Source of the DNA: Mobula birostris
Lineage: Eukaryota
NCBI RefSeq assembly: GCF_030028105.1
Contig: NC_092382.1
Coordinates: forward strand, 99,836,699 to 99,900,698
Reading direction: 5' to 3'
Length of the DNA stretch: 64,000 nucleotides
The notes beneath the pieces were generated by a model. That model saw only the letters and a program-made list of their open reading frames with translations. It was not told the DNA's origin and did no database searches. Made by a program: the position numbers and the translations under genes. Positions 1 to 13,157 of this stretch are shown here, in pieces. Position 1 is the first letter of the stretch; each line of letters starts with the position of its first letter.

Positions 1-712
1 CAATACATCTGCAGTCGTCTTATCCTGGAAACACACCTATGAATATCCCGTCCGCTCTTCCTATTGTCGCAACACGATTCCTGCCCAAGCTGTGTTAAAT
101 ATTGCGCTTGTGGTCCAACCCAGCACGACACCTTTCACCTTACACTCAGTGCTCTCCACCAGGAAGAGGAGGCCGTTTGTTCCTTCTCAGGGATGATGGT
201 AGCAGGACGAAGTACCGTCCCCATTGAGATAAACATAGTTTTAACACAGAACTATGGACGATGAAATTCACAGGGAAAATTTTAACTATAAATGCGATCG
301 CAAGCAACAAAAAATCAGCTGTGGTTATACAAGTTCTGTTAATGATAGGACTTTCAAAAGCAGGAAGGGCGTTACTTCTGGAAGAAAGCAGGAAAATGCA
401 GTCGTCGTGTCAGGGAAGAATCAAGTGAACGTCAATGTAATGAAATCCCACTGTTTCTTTTCCACCTCACATTCAGGTAAATCGGCGTCAGTTCGGGGCC
501 TGTCGGAGTGTGCTGGGTGTGCTGACGTCACAAGGCTGGTGTAAGAGCTTGCATCTTGCCGGAAGATCGGCCACCTGCTCTCTCCTCGTTGTTACCAAAC
601 CGTCTGCTTACAATCCACATCGCGTTTCCTCTGTCAAACAAAACAACAAAACAGGACACGGCCACACGGCCACGTGTGCTCGCCTCTGCCACGCCGTTTA
701 CATGCAGTCTGG

Positions 713-751
713 GGTTTTTGTCGAGCTCTTCCCTCTCGGCGAGTCACTGTG
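713..751 (-). other. Recombination signal sequence (23-RSS) of V1
   Basis: Minus strand reads CACAGTG, 23 nt, ACAAAAACC: perfect consensus. Confidence 0.97.
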
Positions 752-1427
752 AATACTCCAGGCGCAAAAGTACACGGCCGAGTGATTCCCCCGCAGGCTG
801 TTGGTCACCAGTTTGACCTCGTTAGCTTTCGGCGTCTGCAGGGTAAATCCATCGACCTCCCCGTCGGGATTCTTAACGTTAGCACCGTAGCTGTAGAACA
901 TGAACTGCGGCTCCTGCCCCGGGTACTGGCGGTACCAGTGCACCTCATAAGTGCTGCTGCCCTCCAGGCTGCAGTTCAGGCTCATCAGCCTCCCCTGTGA
1001 ACCGGAAAAAGCCGGAGGCGTCTGCTGGATCGTTTGCGAGTTCGCGGCTGGGGAAGAGAGGAGAGGGGTATGACCTCAGTAGGCAGGGAGACTCGGATCA
1101 TGGAGACAGGGAGGAAAGAAAGAGAAAGAGAGATGCAGGAAGTAGAGGCATATGGGGAATAGAGAAAGAGATGGGGAAGAAATAGAGAGAGCGAGAGAAT
1201 AAAAGAAAATAATTATAATTGGATGGACGGAGGTGAGAACTAAATATCAAAGGAGCGCGACGATGGAATAAGTAAGAAAGAAACACAGAAGAGCGATGGG
1301 GAAACAAATATTACAAGAATTAACGGAGCACAGGAAGGGTAATGTAGAACTTGTTCCTTAAAATGCTCGCAAATTGAAACTATCCTTTACCGTGAAGCCA
1401 GACCAGCAGCTCCAATAACACGAACAT
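752..1427 (-). CDS. TRBV: TCR beta V segment V1, TRBV30-like, inverted, apparently functional (leader 1427-1391, V exon 1047-752)
   Basis: Leader MFVLLELLVWLH|GTAAAG; acceptor CAG; V exon ANSQTIQQTPPAFSGSQGRLMSLNCSLEGSSTYEVHWYRQYPGQEPQFMFYS...NHSAVYFCAWS; followed by a consensus 23-RSS. Confidence 0.88.
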
Positions 1428-3149
1428 CTTTGAACTTAGACCGTTTCCTCCAAGTGGAAGGGAGATCGTAACGAACAACCTTTTGAATGCCTTCTCAGGT
1501 CATGGGCGAACGCATGAAGCTCCGCCCCTCACCCACACGTCACCGAGTTGCGACACCGGAAGCTTAGAGCTTGAATGGTGTGTGGATCAAATCATTTGCC
1601 GATTCGGATGTCAGTCGAAAGGCCGGGCCCCATTCCAATTTCAGCAGGACAACGGGAGCTGTCCCTTCAGTCCCGGACACGACGATCTAACCTCAATGTC
1701 ACAAACAGAGTCATTGTACCAATTTGGGAGGCGGAGAGAGGAATATAAGGAGGAAGGTACAGATTACGTTCAGCAGAAAGACAGATTAATTTCGTATATG
1801 GTGGATCAAAGTGCCTTTTCCCGTGTTGTTCATGAATTGAAAATAACAGAGTTGTAGAATATATGTTACAGACTGTGACCTCTCGGCCCAAATGTTTATT
1901 GCTTCAGAGGTGTAAATGGTAGCGTCGTATACTAGTGCAATACGGAAACAATCGCTTTGGTCCAACTGGAAACCTCATATAAATAACCTCATAACTCCCG
2001 TCATGCAAGCTATGATCATGCCGTCCATTTGTCAGTGATGACGATTGCAGTAGACATTGAAAGCGTGTAGCACGAAATTTTCCAGAAGTCAGCGAACAAA
2101 GCGAAGCAAAAGTGAATACCTGGCAACCAATTCGGCTGCGCGTTATATTTCGAGAATGGGATTAACCGTCAAGCAACCGCTTTACTCTGCGACCCAGCAG
2201 CTGGGACTTGGACAACCCAAAGTCTTACTCTTGTGTAGAGTGCCACCGTGCGGCGGTAATAAGTATAACCCCGAGACAGCAACTTGTGGAAAAGAGACAG
2301 TCACGACTACTGCGGGAATATTTGGCCATAAATGATGGTGCTGTGATGGAATCGACTGCGAGCCCACTAATCCTAACTATAACCCGCTCCCTGTAAATGC
2401 CTGCAAGAAAATGAATCTCTGGGTTGTCTATGGTGCCGTGTACGTACTTTGATAGTACATTTATCTTGACTGGGACCTTGACTTTATCAAGGCCTGCAAA
2501 AATCTCCGGGAGCGCAGATAAGATGCGTCATCATTATTTTCCGGGGGTAAGAGGGATTAGCCCCAAATTGCAGAATTTAATATTGAGGGACATCTGTTTA
2601 AGCTCAGATGAAGTTAGACAGCTGGAATGAATTGTTGGATGAAGCAGTAGAGAAGGGTACGTGTACACCATTCAGGCAGGTACACCGATGGTAAAGCTTC
2701 AAGGATGTGTTGAGTAAATGGAGGTAAATAGAATTAAAATAGACAGAACCATGAGGCACCTAAGTTGCTGGTTAACTTGACTATGAAGATGATCTTCTTT
2801 ATCTCTATTCAGATCTTGAGGATGATCCGTGACTCCTACAGGGGGCGCTGTTGAACCACGAATGCAAATCCTCTGTCGGTAGAGGATCTCCATTTTGAAA
2901 GCCTCCCTTTGCAGCTGAGGTCGTGAATCATTTTCTATCATCGGGGATGTGGCTTCCATTCACAAAGATTTCTCGGCGGGCTGGCTGTTCCGCAGAGTTT
3001 GCAATATAACCGTCGCCGTGTCAATGAGAATGACCTGATAATCTTCATTCAGCCCCACCATCGTTCCCCTGGGATATGGCTCAGTAACTCCTTCCTTGTC
3101 TGTGATACTGAAAGGCAATAGAATAATTGAAAAAAAAAATTGATAATCA

Positions 3150-3367
3150 NNNNNNNNNNNNNNNNNNNNNNNNNNNNNNNNNNNNNNNNNNNNNNNNNNN
3201 NNNNNNNNNNNNNNNNNNNNNNNNNNNNNNNNNNNNNNNNNNNNNNNNNNNNNNNNNNNNNNNNNNNNNNNNNNNNNNNNNNNNNNNNNNNNNNNNNNNN
3301 NNNNNNNNNNNNNNNNNNNNNNNNNNNNNNNNNNNNNNNNNNNNNNNNNNNNNNNNNNNNNNNNNNN
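3150..3367. other. Assembly gap (others at 33141-33352, 45515-45650, 47008-47162, 48999-49156, 61741-61874)
   Basis: Runs of N, mostly where simple repeats are expected from paralogous positions. Confidence 0.99.
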
Positions 3368-3904
3368 AGATAGAGATATAGTTGGATAGATAAATAGATA
3401 GCTGGATGGAAAGGTACTTAGAAAATTTATGGATAGAAAGAAAGATAGATAGATGGATGGATAGACTTGTGTGAATCAAGAAGCAGTGGATAGGTTTTTC
3501 CTTCTTGCAAGAATTTCATGGTATCATGAAAATAATCGGGAGAAATTACAAAGAAAATAATATCAAAATTGTGATTCCCTTCTTAATTTGTAATACTGCA
3601 TATTTTCCCCTTCATGATTACTAAACGAGAAAGCACCAGGGCGCGATGTGTGTCGCTTTTCCGTCTAGAACCGCTGCATCGCTCCTAATTCGCCACTGCG
3701 ACAACTTCCCCACGTTCTCCCACCCCTCCCCATCTCAATTTGAATGGCAATCAGAGAATGAACCAGGCGGCAACTACAGAGGAAATAACGTAGCGCCAAT
3801 CAACCAATCCAATGGCGCCAAAAGCTGTCAGATGGCACAATCTTCTGCTTCGAAAAGTTGGTCTTGAAACGCACTCCAATGCTAATCGACATCTCGTAAA
3901 AATA

Positions 3905-4150
3905 ATGGTGCGTGGAGAAGATTGCGTTCTCTTAATCATGGATTTGATCCCGTGTAAGCCAAAACAGCAGAAGTTCAGAGAAAGGGCTACTATTCATTGG
4001 GAGATATTAGAATCTATTCGGATTTATATCTTATAAGGATTCTGTCCACGTACGTGGAGCAGTCGCCCCGTTCCCTGCAGCTTAATTGGGGAGATTCAAC
4101 CACCATCCAACGCAGGCTGCTTAATACGTGCTACACCATTATGGATTGTT
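3905..4150 (+). pseudogene. TRBV: Family B TRBV pseudogene, 5' half only, followed by an L1 fragment
   Basis: Leader MVRGEDCVLLIMDLIP|GTAAG at 3905-3953; degenerate V exon start gattctgtccacgtacgtggagcagtcgccc near 4038; homology stops near 4150. Confidence 0.7.
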
Positions 4151-4159
4151 AAACACCTC

Positions 4160-5445
4160 GACACGTCAAGGCAATAGGATTTGGATACAATTTAGAAAAC
4201 ACTGTGATTTACTGAGATTCTCCCTTTCTAGTCACAGTTTCCTAAAACTATTTTTAAGCCTTCTATGACCGCTGTAGTCTTTAAATAATGGGAAAGATTA
4301 GGCATTACATGCTTCCGGGATCTGTTTGTGGGAGGAAGTCTTTCTTCGTTTGAACAATTGTCAAGTGAATATAGTTTACCAAAAGCCCACTTTTTCGGTA
4401 CTTACAAATTAGAGATTTTCTGCGATCTCAATTATATACATTCCCTAATAGACCTGATAAGAACATATTAGATGGAATTCTTAATATGAAACTATTCTAT
4501 AATTGTTCAATACCCAATATTTATGATATGTTGTTGGGAATGAGAAATGTCTCTTTAGACAAGATTAAAATCTTTGGGAACAAGATTTACAGACCTGAAT
4601 TTCTGAAGAAACTTGGAACGAGATTTTTAAATTGGTTAATACTTCACCGATATCTGCTTGTCATTTCCTCCTACAATGTAAAATGGTTCATAGGGCTTAT
4701 ATGACCAAGGATAAATTATCTCGTTTTTTTATAGGGATATATCTCCCTACTCTGATCGGTGTAACAACGGAGAAGCTTCACTGATTCATGTGCTTTGGAC
4801 TTGTCCAAATCTTGGAAAATATTGGAAGTATTCCAAACTTTTTCTGTACTCTTGAAAGTAAATTTAAGCCTGATCCTTTGACTGCCCTATTTGGTATTGC
4901 TGGAAGGAAAGATACAATTTTGAAGACATCTGATCTGCGCATTGTTTTTATCTCTCTTATGGCTAGAGGGGCGCTTTTGTTGAAATGGAAATATGCTGTT
5001 CCGCCTAATCATGCCCAGTGGTTACGGGATGTTATGGCACGCCTAAATTTAGAAAAGATTCGTTGTTCAACCTCTGAATCTAACCAAGATTTTCAAAATT
5101 TGTGGGGGTCGTTTTTAAATTATTTTCATAATCTTTGACTTCTTGTTAGGGTATAGAAGTTGATTAATAGTATATTTTATTACCTGATAAGTTTCTTTTT
5201 TTCTTTTTTTCCCCCAAACAGCTTCGACTTTGGTAGTGCTTCTTTTAATAAAATTGTTTATATTCTAATATACGGATTAATCTAATCCATATGAATATAG
5301 ACTAAGGAGTTCGTTAACGTGATTCAATATACTGTATTTGGTATTATTATATTCTTTCTTTTGTTTTATATGTATTCTCTTGAATTCTGTATTCTGCTAT
5401 CTAGAAATCAATATAATATTGAAAAAGAAAAAGAAAGAAGAAAGA
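4160..5445 (+). mobile_element. L1-clade LINE 3' fragment
   Basis: Frameshifted C-terminal Cys/His knuckle (DRCNNGEASLIHVLWTCP) and C-terminal ORF 4788-5138 (LLLKWK...WLRDVM...LNLEKIR...LWGSFLNYF), AT-rich 3' UTR and A-rich tail near 5415-5445; 5' boundary approximate. Confidence 0.75.
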
Positions 5446-7167
5446 AATCACACAGACAAGCAGACGAGCGTCTGATTATCAGCTGGGTCTCAATAGGTTG
5501 CAGGACTGTATCCGTGCGGTGTGCGTCTACATTACAGACTGCAGTGCAAATACTTTCCTTACCACAGCAGTTATATATCAGTCGAAACTGCCCTGATAGT
5601 CATGTTCTTGTGTGTATTTACATTGGATTCGAAAAAGACACTATAGTAAATGAAACAACACACACAAAGCCGGACAATCAAGATGCATAAGAACGCAGAC
5701 AACACAATTATAAATAACACACATCGTCATCAATAAATGATATTCAGAGCATGAGCTGTAGAGAGCTTGAAAGAGATTCTGTCAGTTTTGAAATAGTTCC
5801 GTGTTGAGGTGAATGAAGTTATCCACACTGATACAGGAGACCGAATCTCCGTGGAAAACTTCACTGACCTCAAAACTGAAGAGCAAGATAATTGCTTCAC
5901 TCAGGCTTGCTATGAGGATGTGACGAATGGCGAAGAATTTCTGTCGTGGAAGTGATACCATGATTTCGAAATGATAACAGTAGTAAGTTGGAGCTCTGAG
6001 CAGACTTATCAATTGGATAGAACCTGCATCCCATGGGTATGTGCCTCCCGGTTTCGAATCATCCAATCGCATCTGCTTGGCATGAACTCATCTCGGGCCT
6101 CGTCGGCAGCTTCTCAAAATGCCAACCGTCCAAAGGCGACAACGTGCGGAGGAAGTGAATTAATTGACACAGAGCCAACTCGAAACCAGCTGCTTCGATA
6201 TGCAGCGGCTTTCCGGCTATCCGCTACTGGGCTTCACTTGATTCCATATGGCGGAAGTGTCCTCGTCCTGTACACTATAGTGTGGGAAAGATTCAGCCTG
6301 CTGCTGATTGTGGTGGTGATCCCGCGTAAGTTAAAATCACAGGTTTATGGGAAGGGGGTTGTAGAATGCCCTTTGTGGAATGACGTACTGCAGCATCGGA
6401 CGTGGTTAGGGTTGGTAGATTTCCTCATCAAGCTGTCTCCGTTGCAACTCATGGCCCGACAACGTCTGAACACTTATAAATGATTGCCGCGCTTGTCAGA
6501 CTGTCCCACTGTGGAATAAGGCATTCAAAGGACGGGTTTCCCACAGTTTCGCTTTTCAGTTTGGAAAAGGACCTCGGGGGTTTCTCGGAGGGTGCATAAG
6601 GCTCTATCCAAACTTTGTTCCAAACTTAAAAGCGGAAGAAAAGCTAGTATGCTCAACGGATATTTAACACCAATTCCAAACTGCGGTGCACTGCGTTTCG
6701 TTTTGCCTGACTTGGAGTGCGCGTGTGTCAGTGTTACTCTGCGTTTCGCATGTTTCACTGGGGGCTAAATGCTTGGAGTTGATCGCAGAGTGGCCAGTGT
6801 CTCTCGGGAGCGTCAGTCCCTTCTTTGTAAACACTGTTACGTGTCAAAGTAATGAGTGAGAGAGTGAGAGACAGAGAGAGCGATAGAGAGAGAGAGAGAG
6901 AGAGGAATGAGGGAAAGAGAGTGAGAAAGGGACAGAATGGTTATTCAGCTCAGCAGAGTTGGACTAGTCTGCTCTACCGGATCTGTTCCACCATTCAACC
7001 GTGGTCAGCGGGCGAGCATGGTGTTTCGCGCCCAGGACACGGCGCGCAATTGTGTGAATCGTTGAATCAATCGAAGAGTGGCCACGGTCCTTCGAGATCG
7101 CGAGCCCTTCCTTCTGTCTGGCCTCCGCGCACTTTGAACTGCAATTTCAATACATTAAAATTCAAGC

Positions 7168-7612
7168 AACACACATCTAGATTGCTGGTGAACGCAGCAG
7201 GCCAGGCAGCATCTCTAGGAGGAGGTACAGTCGACGTTTCAGGCCGAGACCCTTCGTCAGGACTAACTGAAGGAAGAGTTAGTAAGATGTTTTGAAAGTG
7301 CGAGGGGGAGGGGGAGATCCAATATGATAGGAGAAGACAGGATTGGTAAGGATGGAGCCAAGAGCTGGACAGGTGATTGGAAAAAAGGATATGAGAAGAT
7401 CATGGGACAGGAGGTCCAGGGAGAAAGACAAGGGGGGGACCAGAGGATGGGCAAGGGGTATAGTTAGAGGGACAGAGGGAGAAAAAGGAGAGAGAGGGAA
7501 AGAATGTGTGTATACAAATAAATAACAGATGGGGTACGAGGGGGAGGTGTGGCATTAGCGGAAGTTAGAGAAGTCGATGTTCATGCCATCAGGTTGGAGG
7601 CTACCCAGAGAT
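7168..7612 (-). mobile_element. Penelope-like element 3' fragment carrying a hammerhead ribozyme
   Basis: Reverse complement matches the 3' part of the GIY-YIG element at 29816-30868. Confidence 0.8.
7229..7264 (-). ncRNA. Minimal type I hammerhead ribozyme (Penelope-associated)
   Basis: Minus strand AGTC-CUGACGA-AGG(GUCUCGG)CCU-GAAA-CGUC^GACU: intact core, stems I and II pair, palindromic ACGU stem III. Confidence 0.8.
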
Positions 7613-9367
7613 TAAGGTTCAATAGGTTTCTGTTTTACAGGGGTTCTGCCCACGTACCTGAAACAGTCGCCTTCCTCTCTATCAGTCACAGAGGGAGAGG
7701 CAGCCAACGTCTACTGTACGCTGACGAATACGGGCTATAATGTTATGTATTGGCACAGACAGCGTTCCGATCGGGCAATGGATGCTCTCTTCTATTCAGC
7801 TGTGCATGGTTCCGTTACGAACTACACATCCGATTCCTACACAGCGACAAGACCCAGCAGCACTCTGCTTAAACTGGAGCTCAGTCGGGCATCGGCCTCC
7901 CTGCCACCGTTTACTACTGCGCTTGTAGTGGCGCACAGAACCTGAGATAACGAGTCTCCCACTACAAAAATCTTCCAGCCGATCAGAGGGAAGTTTGAAC
8001 GTTCCTCTTCCACCGCACGGCGGCAGCACCGAGCTGTATTAGACTGCTCCTTTCTATCCCGAACGGGCAGCGCTCGGCTGGCTTTCCGCCGGTGTTTCAG
8101 TTTCCTCAGGGATCACAAAGACAAGCGTTCCATTTGGATGCGTAACTGCTCCACATCAGCTCTGCATTTGACAGCAAGATACTCCAGGGAGACGTTCACG
8201 TGCCCCAGCACAGCGTGGAAACATCTCTCTGTCTGTACATCTGGTTAGCTCCGTAAAATAACGAGCGTAATCAAAGATCCCAGCCACCACTCGAGCAGCT
8301 TCTCTCTCGTTTGACTTCCGACTCTGAAACAGGCCGTTTGTACGATCTCAGGCTGCAATAATGTAGACTCTTCCCATCAGAAACTGTCTAATTATGATCT
8401 TCGTTCTTTCTTTAGCTAGACACTTGTGGCCATAATAAACTAATATAATAATTTACCTTGTTCTCCCTCAATCCACAGTGCGAAGCAATTTGACGCTCTA
8501 ACTTGCTCTTCAAGTGTAGGTAGGTCAGCAATATTTTTTTTTTATCGCCGATCGGTGTCCGATGATTTGCGAGAACTCAAAAGTTATGTGTTGCTGCAGA
8601 GTTCAGAGTCCGAAGTAAAATTCTAATCAAAACAGGAACGCGGCACGAGCTACCCTGAGGTTAAATTTCTGGACAATTACAGCACATACGATGAAAGATA
8701 ACAATAAAGTCCATGGAAACTCAGGCACAAAGATGGACAAACAGTATGCAAATGAAGGCAAAATGTGCAAAGACATATTAAGCAAAAAACAATAAGTGTG
8801 GAAGTAATAAATATTATTGAGATCACAGTGGGTGAAAATCTTGAAAAAGATCACCTGGGTTTTCAAATAGTTCAACGTTAAGGTGGGTGAAGTTGTCAAC
8901 ACCAAGCGAAGAGCCCGAACCTGCGGGGAAACGTCACTCACCTCAACACTGAACGAAACAAGATGGCGGCTACACGCCGCCTTGCTGTGCGTTATGGCGA
9001 AGGGCCATTACTTTCTGCCATAGAAGCAATTCGCCTATCAGCGAATCCCAAGTAACTGAATTGAATCTCTAATCTCGTAATATTCGTTTCATTCGGGTGA
9101 ATTTACCGATTATTTGAAACCTGCTTCCCTTGGACATGTGCCTCCCAGCTTGGAATTATCCAGCCCCTTCTTGAGGGGATCTCGACTCTCCTCGCCAGCT
9201 TGTCAGCACTGCTTTGAGCTCCAAAGAGGGATATCGCTGCGGAAGTGACGCAATTGGCAGGGAGCCAATGGGAGAATTGCTTTATCTGGCCAGGCGGTGA
9301 GTCTTCCCCGTGAATTGATACTGAGCTTCACTCGATTCCCCACAGCGGAAGTATCCTCACCCTGTAA

Positions 9368-10319
9368 ATGATGCTGAGGGACTGGCTTTGCCTCCCGCTG
9401 ATCGTGGCGATGATCCCGCGTAAGTTAAAATCACAGGTCTGGGGTAACGGGGTGTAGAATGCCCTCTGTCGAACTACATTGTGCAGTGTCGGATGCGGTT
9501 GCTTGATAGATATTCTCCTCATGAGGCCGATGATTTGATGCCTCCCTTTCAGCTCGTTAGCCAAATGACAAAACGTTTTCTGACAGATAAATCGTTACCG
9601 CGCTTGTCAGAGCGACCGAGTGTGGGGTCCTTCAGTTCTCTCACCTGGCTCTGAGGGGGTGCTATGGGTGTCTCATCTCACAGTAGTTCATTGTATTGAT
9701 CGCAGAGCGACCGGTGTCTTTCGGGAGTACAATCCCCTTCTCCGCAGACATTTTGGGTGCGTGTCAGCGCTACAAGAAAGAGAAAGGGAGAGAGAGGGGG
9801 GAGAGAGAGAGCTCGTTTGAGTTAGGCTATTCAGCACATCGAGCCTGTTCCACCATCCGGCCAGGGTCATCGGGTGAGGATCGCATAGCACGCCGATCTG
9901 CAGGTTAATCGGAGAGTGGCCGTGGTCTGCCGATCACACCAAACTCTTTATGTGTCTAGCTTCCGCGCTCTTTCATGATCAATTCGGATAAATTGACAGA
10001 GTCTAATCTCAATTCTGTCCTACAGGGATTCTGACCGCCTACGTGGAGCAGTCGCTTTCCTCCCTGACAGTCCCGGAGGGAGAGACGGCAACTCTCTCGT
10101 GTACGCTGCTGAATACAGTCTATACAAACATGTACTGGTACCGACAGCGGTCCGGCCGGGCAATAGATGTTCTATTCTATTCTGCTGGGCAAAATTCAGC
10201 TATGAATTACACATCTGATTCCTACGCGGCGACAAGGCCCAGCAGCACTCTGTTTAAACTGGAGCTGAGACAAGCATCGTCCTCCCACTCCGCCGTCTAC
10301 TTCTGCGCGTGTAATAGCG
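9368..10319 (+). CDS. TRBV: TCR beta V segment V3, family B, apparently functional (leader 9368-9419, V exon 10026-10319)
   Basis: Leader MMLRDWLCLPLIVAMIP|GTAAG; exon ILTAYVEQSLSSL...SCTLLNTVYTNMYWYRQ...SHSAVYFCACNS; RSS CACAGAA-23-ACAAAAACT at 10320-10358. Confidence 0.88.
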
Positions 10320-10397
10320 CACAGAACTTGAAATAACGAGTCTCCCTGTACAAAAACTGTCGAGCCAATCGCAGCGAGCTTCAATGATCCTGTTGCG

Positions 10398-10411
10398 CCT
10401 CTAGGTGGTAG
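10398..10411 (+). promoter_or_regulatory. CTCF-like motif downstream of V3 RSS
   Basis: CCTCTAGGTGGTAG, 40 bp after nonamer end. Confidence 0.6.
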
Positions 10412-11598
10412 CACGCGATTGTCTTTCCCTCTTCTGTCTCCTACGGGGAACAGGCCTGCATATCTCGGGTATAACATACAGAAGCATAGCGGCTTGTTAT
10501 TGGCTCTGCTCTGCAATTAAAGGAAAGAATATCGAGAGATGTACAGAGCTGAGTTGATCAGATATCTGTCGACACAGCCCGTTACCTCAGCCAAGTAGCC
10601 AGCATAACAAAGGCTCTCTGCTGCTGTTTCCGACTCTTCTGCGAGGGGATGTTTTGATAATGTGCTCTCCTGACCTTACTATGCAGTTCCCTGTGGTCTT
10701 GTTCACCTGCACTGCATTTTTTCTCTGTCACTGTTAAACTTTACAGCTGAACCTTGTTCTGCATCAGTGCGCTGTGTCATTATTTGATCGGTGTGAATGT
10801 GATAGAGGAGGATTCTTTCACTGAAGCTCGATACATTTACCTTGTTCCATCTGAATGCACCGTGTAGTAAATTGATCTCTCATCACTGCATAACTGCTTC
10901 GGCAAGTCAGTGCACGTTTCTGTTCTCACCAGGATACCAACTGCCTTCGTTGCCTGCCTCATTGCTCCCGTATCACCATAGCTTCCCCATCAACCCACAA
11001 CGATTTCCCTGTGATTTCTATTCTGGCTTTGAACATGAGTGTGTGTCGGATCATGGTTAACACAAATGCAATATGAGTAATTCAAGAAGATAGGTGTACG
11101 GGTAGATAGATAGATATCCAGTAAAACAGTCAGGCAAACATACAGACCTGGCAGCAAAATATCGTGTGCTGGTGTTCCCCCGGACACAGCCCATGATCTC
11201 TTCCTCCTTGAGATGATTTATTCCACTGTCGTCACTGGTATTTGGGATCATATTACTTAGATTTTCACTGTCGTCCGCCCTTCCTTACATGCCTTTCGTT
11301 TGTTCGTACAACTAATGCTCTGTTTTGCTTGCCCTGGGTTCATCTGCCTCTCAAGCACGTCTGCCTCCCAGCTGCGAATCATACAAACGTATCTCCATGG
11401 CATGAACTCATCTCGGGCCTCGTCGTCAGCTTCACCACAATGTCAACCGGCCAAAGGGGGCAAGGCGCCAAGGGAGTGCGGTTATTGGCACAGAAGCATC
11501 GGTAAACCAGTCCGCTTTTTTAGACCACGCCGATAAACTTGAACCTGAGAGCTGATACTGAGCTTCACACGATTACACATAAATATCGTGCCCTGGAG

Positions 11599-11650
11599 AT
11601 GATGTCGTGGTGGACGTTTTGCCTCCCGCTGATTGCGGCGATGTTCCCGC
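11599..11650 (+). other. TRBV: Orphan family B leader exon with its own promoter-like region; no cognate V exon
   Basis: MMSWWTFCLPLIAAMFP|GTAAGG; intron-like paralogous sequence continues to about 12090 and is then replaced by repeats. Confidence 0.75.
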
Positions 11651-12129
11651 GTAAGGTGACATCACAGATGGTGGGGAAGCAGGTGTAAAATGTCCTTTGC
11701 AGGCGGAAATAGTGCAGCATCTGACGTGATTAGGCTTTATAGATATTCTCGTCATGACGCAAAAGATTTGAGGACTTTCCTTCAACCATCGAGCCTGATG
11801 ACGAAGTGTCTTATCACTGATAAGCGGTTTCCGCGCATGTCAGATTGCCCCAGGGTGAGATAGGGCATTGAATTCACGGATATTCCTGAGTTCCTCTACG
11901 ATACCTGTAAGAGGAGCTCGGGGGTTTCTCGTTTTTTTTTTACGAGAGATTATGCGTCAAAAGTAAATGCGGATCAAATGCGAATATGCTCTTCAGCATT
12001 TTACCCCAATTCCTCACTTGTTGAATGCATCTCGTGTTTGTCTAAATTAGGGTACGGATGTGTCGGTGCCATCGTGTTATAGCCGGAGATGTAATTGGGG
12101 ACAGCTCCCTCGTCGTATTCAATTCTCCA

Positions 12130-12500
12130 CATGTTATGTGCTTCGAATACCCTCTAACGACCTAGTCCAGGTCCTGGTCTTCACATGTGGCTGAGCGACT
12201 ATGCCCGGAGAAACTGTCTCTGCTGACATGGGAAGGGAAGAATGGCGGCTTACTGGCGCCTTAAAACCAGTCGCTTCTGGCAGATTGGGCTCGTCAGCCG
12301 TGGGGAAGGAAAACTCTGATCTCAAACCTCCGCTGCTTTCCGGCTGTACCCAGCCATGGGGAGGGCTTCAGCAGTGAACCCCCGGGGACAAATCCGGAGC
12401 TGCAGCCCCGAAATTAATCCTCTGTCGAATTTAAAGTTGACTGGCAGCTCCTGGGACGCCGGAGGTACCGAAATATACCTGTCTCTGTGGGGAAACTTGC
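12130..12500 (+). mobile_element. Probable RTE-like interspersed repeat fragment
   Basis: Recognised from memory as a common chondrichthyan repeat (ggaagggaagaatggcggcttactggcgccttaaaaccagtcgc...); no alignment was run. Confidence 0.4.
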
Positions 12501-12557
12501 TACATGGGCAACAACTTGCTCTCCATAACATACTGACCGGGATTGCGTGTAGAGATA

Positions 12558-12690
12558 GAGCATAGAACATAGAACATAGAATAGTACAGCACAGTACAGG
12601 CCCTTCGGCCCACAATGTTGTGCCGACCCTCAAACCCTGCCTCCTATATAAGCCCCCAACTTAGATTCCTCCATATGCCTGTGTATGACG
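12558..12690 (-). mobile_element. CR1-type LINE/SINE 3' end
   Basis: (ATAGAAC)n is the reverse complement of the CTATGTT-type tail at 20217-20243, followed by typical 3' UTR sequence. Confidence 0.6.
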
Positions 12691-12820
12691 CAGCACCCAT
12701 AGTCGACCATGCACGAACGGGGTCTCGCTCTCTGACTCACTCGTCCTGCATGGATGCTATCTGACCTTCTGGAGTCCTCCAGCATTTATGTCTTTTGATA
12801 GATAGATAAAGAGAGAGAGT

Positions 12821-12864
<44 letters not shown>

Positions 12865-13157
12865 TGAGAGAGATCTGAAGATTTTGTGTTTTTTTTTTCA
12901 TTGGTGGTAGATGATGTAGGTCTGATGCGTTAACCAATTGTATTTCCTATGTATGTTTGTTCAACTGTAACCGAAACTTTCGTTCGATATCGGCTTCTGA
13001 ACTGTAATAACCTTCGTGGTAAGACGCGCAGGGAGTGACGCCGTCAACAAAGGGCCAATGGGATTTCCGTAATCAGATAGGAGACAACGCGTTTCTTCTG
13101 AATACCGGCATTGCGCTGCACTCGATGACAAAGTGAGCCGGTATCTCTTTAGAGTGG

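Larger units (their letters stand above)
6283..7972 (+). pseudogene. TRBV: Family B TRBV pseudogene V2
   Basis: Leader start changed to ATA (donor near 6326); V exon from 7641 has a 1-nt deletion just before YYC; RSS CACAGAA-23-ACAAAAATC at 7934-7972; a Penelope-like fragment lies in the intron. Confidence 0.85.

Noticed and set aside
2057-3100. Possible L1/Tx1 remnant on the minus strand
   Set aside because: I could not identify a diagnostic motif, so it is left uncalled.
8746-8753. Octamer ATGCAAAT (also near 2862 and 21074)
   Set aside because: These are hundreds of bases from any leader and lie in repeat-like or intergenic DNA; an 8-mer is expected by chance at this window size.
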